From Orbicella franksi (taxonomy: Eukaryota): a stretch of DNA of 64,000 bases. Where the stretch lies: assembly GCA_964199315.1 (NCBI GenBank), contig OZ116706.1:9362001-9426000 (forward strand), read 5' to 3'. Position 1 is the first letter of the stretch; each line of letters starts with the position of its first letter. The position numbers and the translations under genes are program-made. The notes below the pieces were generated by a model that worked only from the letters and a program-made list of their open reading frames with translations, ran no database searches and was not told where the DNA came from. Below are positions 53,035 through 64,000 of this stretch, in pieces.

Positions 53035-53306
53035 TCTGAGTGAACAAGAGAATTTAAACAGTCATTGAAGGGTGATCACTCGGAGCGAGCAAGCATCAAG
53101 TCGCATTCGAAAAAACTTGACCGCAAGATAATTGCTGTCGAAACTTCTGACCACAAGGTATGAAAACTTCAGATCGAACAGCGCAATTTGTTTTAAACAC
53201 AGTAGTGCTAATCTATCAAAACACCCAACTGTTTTAGGTTATTCTACGACTTCACCTTTCGAAAGTGTAAAACAGGACGAGCAAACGAAGCCCTATCTCG
53301 ACGAAA

Positions 53307-56300
53307 ATGGCACACCTAGGTAGGTAAATTTGTTACCCTTAAAATGCAACCCGAAGCCTCAGTTCGGCTCAGTAGTAAAGCTTCGCCTTCCCTTTGTATT
53401 TAAAGTTACAAGCTTGGGTCAACCTGGGGTTGTTTTCAGACGCTGTGACTCAATTTGTTAGTTAAGTAGAATAACATGGAAATCAAAAGTAAAATGAACC
53501 GAGGTTTTGGAGCCCACTTGAGCTACGTTCGCTGCTTTTATCGCACTGACAAGAAAGTGTTGATGTATGTTCTCCGTTTAGTAGCGTTCGTTCTCAAGTT
53601 GTATCGATTTAAGCCGAGTTTCTGCGACCGAAAAAGTCTTGATCTTTTCTTGTGGGTCCTCGTGTGTTGTACACAAACGTTTCTTCGACTTTTGTTAACC
53701 TCAGCGTGGTCTCAAAACCTAAGCATTGTCTAGAAAACATAAATATCCGTACACATAAATGTAATTTAAAAAATGGCCATTTCAAATTCTAGCACATTGC
53801 GTTCTCCTTGAAGGATTCTGCTGTGTTGTTTGTACAAGTCTTTTACACTACCCGCTTGCGGAAAAGCGCCTTCATTCTCGAAATATATGTCGTCACGCCT
53901 TTTCAATAGAAGCATTCTCCCTCTTCAATAAGTGTGTATAGTTAAATAAACGTATTTTGTTTAAATCTTTCACTTTAATTCAACTTTACTTGAATGGAGT
54001 TTTCCAGAATGACGGCGTTTCTATGCGACGATGATACGGATACAAATCACAACTTTTGACGAAAACATTGAATTTAAGGAGATTAGAAAGATGAAATTCA
54101 GGTGAATTTGACTTACATTGATAGCCAGATTGATTCATTAAACAGCCTTGCTATCTTAGTATGCATAAAAATCGGTATATTGCTCTCACAGTAAGAGGTA
54201 ACTTAATTTAGTGGGAAATCGAAGCGTCAAAAAATTAAGAATGAAACACAACTGAAAAGCAATAAAAGGACAAGCTTACCTTCCTCTAATGATTTAAATT
54301 CGCGTGGAGGTTCACGGGTTTCGCCTTGCTGGGTGGCTGAGCCTTTTAATATGGTTGTAAATCGAACTTCACACCGACTTTTTTCCTAGAATCTTGCAAC
54401 CGTCCTGGTATTATAAAATAGTGATGATGGTTAAATCATCATTAAGCTCGAACTTGCGTTTAACACTTTCAGTTTGCTGGCCGTGTTTTGGCGGGCTGTT
54501 GTTATGTTTGTATGTTTCTGCTCTTTTTTATTATGCCCATTTGTACTTTTAATTGACCACGGGCCATCAAAAATGATTTATAGTAGCCTTAATTGTTGAG
54601 AAAACTAATTAACCGAGCATTGCGTGAGAGAATAAAAATCAAACGAAAAGCAATTTAACTGAACGCCTGAAGAATCCAATAGAAACAGGAAGAAACCAAA
54701 CAGTTAAGCAGGTAGAATATGTGAACTTGAAAAATATCTTGCTCCGTACGATGTACGATTTGTATTCGAAGGTGTTTGCTTCGCTGTAGACTAAAACCTT
54801 TTCTCGCATCCCCTGTCACCAGCACGAGAGAAACAGGAGAGAAATACAAACGCTGAAATGGCCTCTCGACGTCTTCTTCAAATCGAAACAAAATGTAACA
54901 ACATTTATTAGTAAATACGGGCAGAAATCTGGCAAATTACAAATTCATTTTTATTCATTTTAACATGTTAGAGCAAACATTCGTCACTGTTTGGTGCAAG
55001 CAAGTTCCTGTTTTGTACGAATTTATGCAGAATACGTACAACCATTTTATAATTCAGTGATAGAGAACTGAGTTTTGTTAACCGTCGTGCCAAAGCTCAA
55101 TGCGAGTTCCTTTCGATCCAATTAACCGCCGGTGTCTTACACGGGATATTTTGTTTAAGCAGTTGATCAATCTGATTGCTATGTTAAAAAGCTTACACTT
55201 CTTTATGTACCCACCGACAGATCAGTAAATATGAAAATAACAAATACAAATTTCAAAACCGCAAAATGGGAACCCATTTATCTTTTTTAATGTTTCAAGA
55301 TTTGATTTGTCAACCACTCGTTCGTATCCCATAAATTCTGAAACCCCATCAATGGTTCTGGCTAGTAAACTTGAAACTTAACAAGTGGCAAGTTAAATTC
55401 AAATTACAGACTACATTAAACATCTCTTAGGGAACAACCAAAACAGCAACTATGATAATTTTTACTATGCAAATTTCAACTCATGATCATTAATGTAGAC
55501 ATAAAACTAAGGTAGAAAATTATGTTGTAATACATGGCACATTTTTAAAACGGTTTAGATTACAGTTGCACCTAATTATTGATATGCTTTATTTACGTAT
55601 TTAAAATGCATTAATTTATTGATATAGATATTTATTTGTTTATCTATGTATTTACATGCTTTGTCGACCTCTGGCTTAACTTCCATTACTTCTCTCAAAC
55701 TCCTATTTGTAAAATTACTATTTATAGCAATAGATATAGAAACAACATTGACGAGCTCTGGGATCTCTTTGATTTACAACATTGATAATTTGATTTAAAT
55801 ATGGCAGGGGAAGTACTGTTGTTGTAGTGATTGGTTAACTAAGATTTAATGAAAACTTTACCAAAATTCTCTCAGGGCAAGCCCAAAAGTAAACTTGCCA
55901 ATACACCACTGTCCCCCCTACCCACATCAGAAAACAAATGATTCTACGTGACCTCCGTTGTTGTCAAACTTCGCTGACCTCGGCCTTCTATAGTTACGCC
56001 TGATTCTGCATTCTGTATGAGGTTTCTAGATCTACCCGTTTGGAGAGCTCATTCGCCGAAAGGAAATAGAGACTAAAAGGAATATTCGCATAATACTTAC
56101 CAGAGAAAGTAGTCGGTGAAACATGAGATTGTGACTTCTCAATTATCAGCGAGTTTATTGCGTTTCTCCGAGGCGTTTCGACTTCTTGAATGAAATTGTT
56201 ACATTTTCCAGCCTGTGTTTGATGTAGCATTTCTTCGTCGCCAATTGCTATGCTGCTAAACTACACACTTCAAGCTGTCCCTAGAATGCAAAAAGCAGTA

Positions 56301-58879
56301 GAAAATTAACTTAAACTAAAAACCGTAGAAGGTAAATTCAAATCTTTCGCCGCTCGTCAGTTCACAAAACATTTCATGACGATTGATTATGCTTGAGAAA
56401 CCGACACAAACCTTTTTTCCTTGCCTTTTTATCCTGGATTACAAATCCACCTTTATATGGTTCCTGTTGTATCGTATTATCCTTGACTGTAAAGCATTTA
56501 AAATAAGTTTGAGCGAAGAGTTCGCTAGCACACTCGATTCTACAGCTCAAAGCTCAACTGTTTTGCTGGGTCGCCGACTCGCCGCGGGAAGCACGGGATG
56601 GCAAACGTCACTGATTTTCGCGCCAAAAGTAGTCACTCGACACCAGGCCGAGTCCGGAATTGTATGAACCCATTCTGCAAGGGCTCAGTTTTCGTCAATG
56701 TAAAAACTTTTAATAAAACTGCGCAGAAGAGATTTAATAACTAATTCCAATTCTCTTTGTCTGTTTGTTTGACAGCGCCTTTTCTATTCCAAAGTCACGG
56801 TGGGATAAATCAACTCGGAGGACCTTTCGTGAACGGTCGGCCCCTCCCGGATTACATTCGTCATCGAATCGTGCAACTTGCCGCATGTGGTGTCCGACCG
56901 TGCGAAATTTCTCGGCGACTTCTGGTGTCACACGGCTGCGTCAGCAAAATCCTGGGCAGGTTCTACGAAACAGGATCTATTCGTCCTGGATCGATAGGCG
57001 GGAGCAAGCCAAAGGTTGCCACGCCTCCAGTTGTGACCAAAATTGTGCAATACAAGCAGCAGAACCCCACCATCTTTGCGTGGGAGATTCGCGATCGCCT
57101 CGTCGAGGAAGGCGTTTGTGATCGGGAAAACACTCCAAGCGTCAGTTCCATCAATCGAATTCTCCGGAACAAAGCTGCCGAAAGAGCCGCCCAGTATGCA
57201 ATGATTGAGCGGGAAAGACAACATTTAGCCAGCATGTATGGCTTCCATCCTTGGTCTGCTGTTTGCGAGCCTACTATGCCCTGGTCATGCCACACGATGC
57301 CGCAGCATGAGGACTTTCCACCTCAAGACTACGAGAGGAGGGGTCTGGAACCACCTCCAGAGTTGTCAATCATTCCATCATCTCAGACTGTCAACAGCCA
57401 CCAAGAACACCGCGAAGGGAATTTTCCCGGTAAAATAATCTGTTTAATTGCTCCTCTATATTATAAAAGCCTAAACTGATCGTAATTTTAAGAGAAGGAT
57501 AACATACTCGCAGCAAATGCCTCGTTAATACAACCGGATAGGCTTTATTGTGTGCAACAGTAATAGCGAGCCTTCAAACATTGTTTGTATTGGAATAAAT
57601 TGACGTTTCTAACAAGCCTCGTGCTAATTCATGAGTACGTAACTTCTAGACTGGAGCGGCCTCCTCCCATTTCCCCAAGGGTTCTGCTGCAGAAGATTTA
57701 AAGCATCCTCTCTCACTGGACTATTTTCACACTCATCTTACTCGTTTTTGAATTTTTTGGTTCATTTTATTTAGTGAGACTCAAAGGAGAAGATGACGAG
57801 GAGCAACGCCAAAGGCAGTGCGAAACACCAGACAAGGAGATCACAATACCGGAACAACAAAAACCTGTTCACGTTCAAAGTATCGATACCGAGCACGACG
57901 AAAGCGAACAGATGGAAGAATTAGAAGTTGACATGCACGAAACTAGCCAACACGGCGATGACACCTGCGATAACAGAAACAACAACAACAGCAACAACAA
58001 CAACAACAACAACACCTTTGACACAGACAACAAAAATTTCAATAAGAATTCTGAAAACGCCGGTTACAACAGTGGCAGTGAAAGCGGGAAGGAAGGAAGT
58101 GATTCTCAAGGAAACCAGAAGAGAAAAATAAGGCGAAACAGAACGACATTTTCCCCTGAACAATTGGAGATGCTTGAAACAGAATTCGGAAAATCTCATT
58201 ACCCGGATGTAGCCACGAGGGAGGAGCTTGCGAATAAGATTGACATGTCAGAGGCCCGAGTACAGGTGAGAGGCCCCATAATAACATCTGTTAAGAAGGA
58301 TTTATTAATTCAGTGCTGACTACTTGTTTGTAATTGTGAGGGGTACCCACTTTGATATTAATTCAAGAATGATTTTAAACTATAAACAATAAAAAAAGCA
58401 AGGTTTGTTTATAGAACACGCATGTTGGCAAAAGTAATCTCAGATACTCATTTCAGTAATTCGTCTGGCGATTGGAATCAAAGATTGGTTTACCTAAAAG
58501 TATCGTAATCATAATATAGGTGCTAAAATAAGCATATATGTCCCTAGCTTCTGTAACTAGGGAAACGGAAATTAATGTTTTCATTGTTCCACAGGTTTGG
58601 TTCTCTAATCGCCGGGCAAAATGGCGTCGCCACCAGAAAATAAACAGCCTACCACATATACGTCACTCACTACTAGGAGGGTGTTACCCTATGTGCACCG
58701 AATGTGACATGGCTGATCAACAGTGTTCCTTGATGCCAGGCCCTTACAGTCCACCCCTGAACTCTCTTAGCCTTCTGTCGCCGAACGCTGACAGAATAGG
58801 CTCGTCGTCCACTTCAATATTAGGAGGTGGAACTGCAAGATCTTGTTCTCCCCAAGATTGCACTTGTTCAAGAGTTTAA
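53307..58879 (+). CDS. PaxC: PaxC: paired domain plus S50 paired-type homeodomain. Exons 53307-53319 (predicted 13-nt first coding exon), 56776-57429, 57775-58265, 58595-58879 (480 aa)
   Basis: Complete paired domain [78 protein letters not shown]...[12 protein letters not shown]. Homeodomain [45 protein letters not shown]|[15 protein letters not shown]. The [21 protein letters not shown] paired box plus a homeodomain fits the cnidarian PaxA/C clade, where only PaxC has a homeodomain. Intron phases 1,1,0 are consistent. The first exon (ATGGCACACCTAG|gtaggt) is the least certain part. Confidence 0.9.
57978..58013 (+). repeat. (AAC)n coding microsatellite giving a poly-Asn tract in the PaxC linker
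   Basis: aacaacaacaacagcaacaacaacaacaacaacaac = [12 protein letters not shown], in frame between the paired domain and homeodomain. Confidence 0.9.
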
Positions 58880-59920
58880 ACCACATGAAGAGGGTTTCAA
58901 TTTAATGTAAAATAGTCTAGTATCAAGAAGAGCACTACCTGAAGGCAATCTTACTTCACGAGCAGTGCAAAAATTATTACAGAGTACCTTCGCTCGTACA
59001 TGATATGCGTTAAACACCAAGATGAAAATATTAAGAGAATTTTGAAAGAGAGAGCAAGTTGTAATTGGCTTAGAGTAATTTTTTCAAGCCACGACAGCAA
59101 AAGTATTTTGCTCTCTTTACGGCTTCAGCGCATTTAAACAGCGACTTTTAACAAAAGTGGACCACTTTATTTTGGTTTCAATCAATGGAAATATGCGCAG
59201 CGGGTTTTGACTTTTCGAAATCATGCTTATGATAGTGCTCATGGAAAAATTTTGTATATAGTATTGTGGGTTTTGTAGCATTGTTAGGAGATTTTAATGA
59301 GATGAATTGAATAATTTCTAGAATATGGCGGGAACGTGAAAAGAGGCTAAGACAAATCTCTCTTCTCTCTCTTCTCTGGCGTCGCATTTCGCTTATTTGG
59401 AACAGGCAGGAATTTTAGTAAAATAGTTATTCAATAAGTGTACATAGTTATTCTGGAGTTAATGAAAAGATTGAAAGCGGAAATCTCGCCTTTCGCATTG
59501 TATAGACATGTATGTAATAAATTTAAGGCCTGATTTATGATACATTTCTTGGAGTGTAATTTGTTTTATTGATTGTGATAAGCAGAGTGGGGATGGGGAA
59601 GAAAAAAGATGGTTGTGGTGGTTAGAGAGGTGGGTCGTGCTTCATAACTGGTGCTCCTGCGTACTGCTCTCCAAAAAAACGTTGTGAAGTGTAGTCTATT
59701 TTTATTGATTGAGATAAACAGGATGGCGCGGGATGGGGTGGTGAGAAAGAGAGAAGGATTGGGGTGGGGTGTGGAGAGAGAGGTGGGTCGTGCCATATAA
59801 ATGATGTTGTTGCATTCTGCCTTCGTGCAAATAGCGGTGTTTGTGCTACAAGTGAGTGGTGTTTGGCTATGATTCTCAAAATACGCCAAATGTTCAAAAG
59901 GTATTCCATCGGTACTTTAA

Positions 59921-60691
59921 AGTGCCTATGGAGTAAAAAATAATTGCTGCTGATTTGAAAGGCTTTTCAAAGTAAAGAAGAATGCCGTTTTCCTTTTTGG
60001 AATATCTTTTTTCGTTTTAGAGATATTCACGTTTTTGTATTAAAAGTGATGACGTCATAGGTGGCTCCACTAAAACAGTTCAACACTCAATCAAGAATAT
60101 CTCTGGAAATATTAGAGCAGTGTTCTTTGAACTTGGCAACAGAAATGTACATTACAAAAGAAACAAAATGACACCCGTCGTGCCGTCGCCATGGCAACAG
60201 TTACGCTGCTGGTCCTGTTTTAATTAAAACTAACCCTACCAGATTTTATCTTTAACAAGGATCATCCACTCCCAACAATCTAATGGGAAGAGTTAAGACA
60301 ATATGGGAATCATGTGTGTTCCGAGCAAGACCTTCTGTCCCTTTTCGAAGGGTTGCAAATTGGCATATTTGGTTTTTCACAGAAAGAGACTGGAGCCAAA
60401 AGTGTTGCCATGGCAACAACACAGAAGGTGTCATTCTGTTTCTTTTGTGATGCACATTTGTGGTGCCAAGTTTGAAGAACACTGCTCCAATATTTCTAGA
60501 GATATTCTTGATTCAGTGTTTTACTGTTCAAGTGGAACCACCTATACGTCACCACTTCGCTCATTTGCATAATACAAAAACGTAAATATCTCTAGAACGA
60601 AAAAAGATATTCCAAAAAGGGAAACGCCATTCTTCTTTACTTTGAAAAGCCTTTCAAATAAGCAGCAATTATTTTTTACTTCATAGGCACT
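59921..60691. mobile_element. Kolobok-like non-autonomous element: TTAA TSD, AG...CT termini, ~135-bp TIRs
   Basis: TTAA|agtgcctatggagtaaaaaataattgctgc...ttttgtatta mirrored by taatacaaaaac...gcagcaattattttttacttcataggcact|TTAA. TTAA targets with RR...YY ends are characteristic of Kolobok. Confidence 0.8.
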
Positions 60692-63600
60692 TTAAATCCT
60701 TTTGTAAAACAGATCGCATGCTATACCCCTAACAAACACAGTTATCGTGCGATAATCCGGCCTATTTTATACTGATCATGCCCTGACTGTGGCTACCGTT
60801 TGTCACATCCGGTTTGTCACATCCGGGTTTGTAGTGTCACGTGACATTTCCCCAGGGTATCGCACGTGGGACGTTTTTGAAGGCAGCGAGTTTTTGTTTT
60901 TGCAGTTTGGACCGTATTACCAAACAGTTCTTCAACGTGCCTTGCACGGTTCTTTGGAATTGTACGTTTTATTGTACCCCTTTTGATACGCTGATATTAA
61001 AGACCAGCTTACGGAAGCTACACTGACAAAGAAATGAGGGCCTCATTCATTGCTATTAAATGAATGGAAAGTAAAGTGTCTTGTTCAAAGTCAGGAGCCA
61101 ACCATTCATGGCTTTATTAACAAAAAAAAAAAAAAATTGGAAAGGAAAAACACTTGGGTGTTATAATTGAAACGCAGTATTATTCCATCACTAACTTCCT
61201 GCCATGTTGTAAAGGGCCCGATTTCTAAATTGTCCATCGTCCTTGAAACTTCGTTTCTTAGGCCACAGACCAATTTTAGACAATTTTTCGTCATCGGGTT
61301 AAATGGCCAATTTTTCTTAACTGTGAAATCGGATAGCCTTATTAATTTCTAGTCTTGGTCAAGAATTTAACGTCAATTGCAAGACAACTCCACACACACA
61401 CAAACGATCTGTAGCTTCTGAACGCCCTAATCGCTTTCTGAGAGAATAATCGCTAGAACCACTTCCATGTGTGCACAGTTTAGGGAGTTTAGAGGCTGTC
61501 ATTTAACAGAAAGGGATACGAGTCAAACCTACGAGCTCCGAGACAAATGTTCTAACCCCATTGTCGGTCGGTCGGTCGGTTGACCCGTTCTTCCCGTCCC
61601 TACCAATCTGTTCATTCTTTCGCATCCAGTTTTCTCACCATGCCTTGTCAATCTGGCTTAGTAGGAGATCTGGGTAGTACAACGAGATACTCACGCAGTA
61701 CGCTCGCGTGATTAAATTGCGCGGTTCCCAAGTCACATGGCAAATCCAACATGGAAGTCATTGCTGGTACATATGAACAAGTTCTCGTTGGTTTTGACGT
61801 CCTCTTTGGTGAAGATGAGCTTGAGGTAGTTTATGAACTTGTGAAATTTAACCTAAATTTTTCTTTGCTAATAGTGTGACACTTTTCTGTGTTTCTTCGA
61901 GCAGTATAGGCTTAAACCGAAATTCGCTGAAAAAGAACACGCTGGTTGCATCAAATGTGCGGCCAACAGCGGTGAATATCTTGCAACTGGTAGTTCAGAT
62001 GAAACTATAAGGTGAGGAAATTGTCGTATTGTTAACTTAAGAAACGAAAGAGGTGGAAATAATATGTTTGATGTATTGTTATAAAAGTAGCCAGTTAGCC
62101 ACAAGTAGCCAGTTAGCCCCCATTCACCCTCGAATTCACGCGTAAAGAACGAGAAATAGAGTGTTTTCCACTTCTGGTTGGGGTCTAAACTGTTAGGGGT
62201 AAAAAGGTCCATAACTGACTGCGCTTACTAAATTTTGCATTTAATTTGTGTCACGTTTGGTAAAATACTTAACAAGCTAACAAACAGATCTTCGCCTCGG
62301 TTTCGTTACTGTGACAAATAGCTAAGCAAAACAATCATTGACCGGGGAATTATGCATGTCGCCACTTACAAAAGTGGCTAATTTGCATATTGTAATGCAT
62401 TGTTCAGTCTCCTCTCAGCTCTTTCTCTCTCTCCCCCCCCCCCCCTCTCCCCCCAACCACCACTACCCCACCACCATCTTGAAGAGGTGAATTACATCAA
62501 ATTGTACCTGAGACAAAAGGACTAATATATTGTAACAACCCACTTACCACTGGAAATGTGGGTGGCTGATTTTTGTTTCATCAGTAGTAAAAAGGTCAGT
62601 GTTTTAATTTCCCCTGCATTAATCTAAAGATGTCAAGATGTTTAACCCATCTGAAAATTAATTAGTTAGCACTTATCTGGACAATAATTTTATTATAGTA
62701 GACAAACCATTTATCATTTGATGCTCTATATTTTAACTTAGAAACTCAGATGGAGTTATCTGTAGCTTTCTTTAATGCTTGGACGTAAACTTTACATTTG
62801 AGAGAGTGTTTCATAGGGTTGTAGATGTATTCTACCTGAAGAAACCTGCAAACAAGAAGATCTGTTAGATCTTATAACCGCGCTTTAAAAATTTAACGGT
62901 TTGCTTAGCACTAGCGTCGGTACGCAGTGCACCTTCCAAAGCAGTCATTGATGATTCTTTTCTTACTGTAGACATCACATCACTTGATCAACACAAACTG
63001 TATTATTGCACCATCAGTGGTAGCCGTTGACAAATCTCCGATGACGTAATGGTCTTAATCTAGAACTTTCTTCGGGATATGTATGGGCATGAACAATATG
63101 AACGACACAATAATAACACTATTAACAACAGCTTTCTTTCTTTAAAGTCATGATTAAATTTAATTGGTGTTTTCTATGAGTAAAGGGCTAGCAAAGTAGT
63201 CACACAAGTCATATAAAAAAAACCCTATCCCGACCAATGTATCGATTTTGGTCACTCCAGTGACCACAGATTGAAAACGTGACAGAAAATTAGCGTTACT
63301 TTTGATTCTCACCAAATTTGTCATATCCCCCCCACGGGAGAATTTTGTCAAGTTAGCTAATTTAGTATGCAAGCCACCGTAATGGCGGTCACCCTCGACG
63401 AAGTGTTTATTTGTTCAAAATTGGGGCAAAATCTTTCGGAGATGGAAGTCAGGACATTTGTAAGGATACAGAAAGTAATTTGGGACCAGTTGCTGGCTTC
63501 TAAGGCTGAATTTATCCAGAAGTAAGCTGTATTTTCGTTTTCATGCCGAAAGCCATGCGATGAAATATTATCGGCTTGTTCTGCTGTCTTGTTCTGTTTT

Positions 63601-64000
63601 TCTCTTGGTGTTTTTTGTAGCCCGCCGAGGCCAGTCTTTCGTCTAAATCAGTTGAAAAAAGTTCGAAAAAGATGTTCCCAGTCAAGTTTAAGCTCTCAGG
63701 CGATAATTCTGGAGTTTTTTGGCCGAAACGTCGGCTTTGTTATGTTGGTGTTTTTCGGTTACTATGGGCGACCGTTGCTTCCTTTGTTAGGTCAAGTCTG
63801 GGGAGTGAGGTCACAAAAAAATTCTAATTAATTCTGGTTTTGTTCGATTTCGCTGAAATTTTAACACGATAAAGCTGGATTGTTAAGGAATAGATTTACC
63901 GTCTGCCAATGTGTGGTAGCTATTGACGCTGAAGTGTTATATTGCTTCGAAGTCAGGGTTTTGAAGAGATTTTTTTGCAACGTCTAGGTTCGGCGTGATT

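Noticed and set aside
56734-58287. Antisense and alternate-frame ORFs over PaxC exons
   Set aside because: Shadows of the GC-richer coding exons with no independent domain signatures.
327-63831. Remaining 60-120 aa ORFs in the supplied track
   Set aside because: Mostly non-ATG starts, low-complexity or hydrophobic translations typical of AT-rich non-coding DNA, with no splice or domain support.
63160-64000. Probable transposon sequence at the window end
   Set aside because: The composition suggests a repeat, but no TIR pair, TSD or protein motif could be established within the window.

Overview
AT-rich eukaryotic genomic DNA, most likely from an anthozoan cnidarian (probably a stony coral; inferred from gene content and repeat style). 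The window holds five spliced PRD-class homeobox genes, all on the + strand. Four are tandem Dmbx-like K50 genes (the first lacks its 5' exon in this window), followed after about 18 kb without recognisable host genes by a PaxC gene (paired domain plus S50 homeodomain). All exons were assembled by hand from GT-AG sites and reading frame; the short-ORF track misses or mis-starts most of them. All five genes share the intron between homeodomain codons 46 and 47. The Dmbx copies share a phase-1 intron inside the L(T/S)LAERLA-D(I/V)I(L/M)(E/D) motif but differ in their cofactor motifs and helix-3 residues. Introns and intergenic DNA are rich in non-autonomous transposons: CCCGGG-ended MITEs, a Mutator-like element with a PHD-finger remnant, a Kolobok-like MITE, a decayed hAT transposase and Penelope-like fragments, including a 147-bp palindrome with hammerhead-ribozyme cores. 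No rRNA, tRNA or CRISPR array was recognised.
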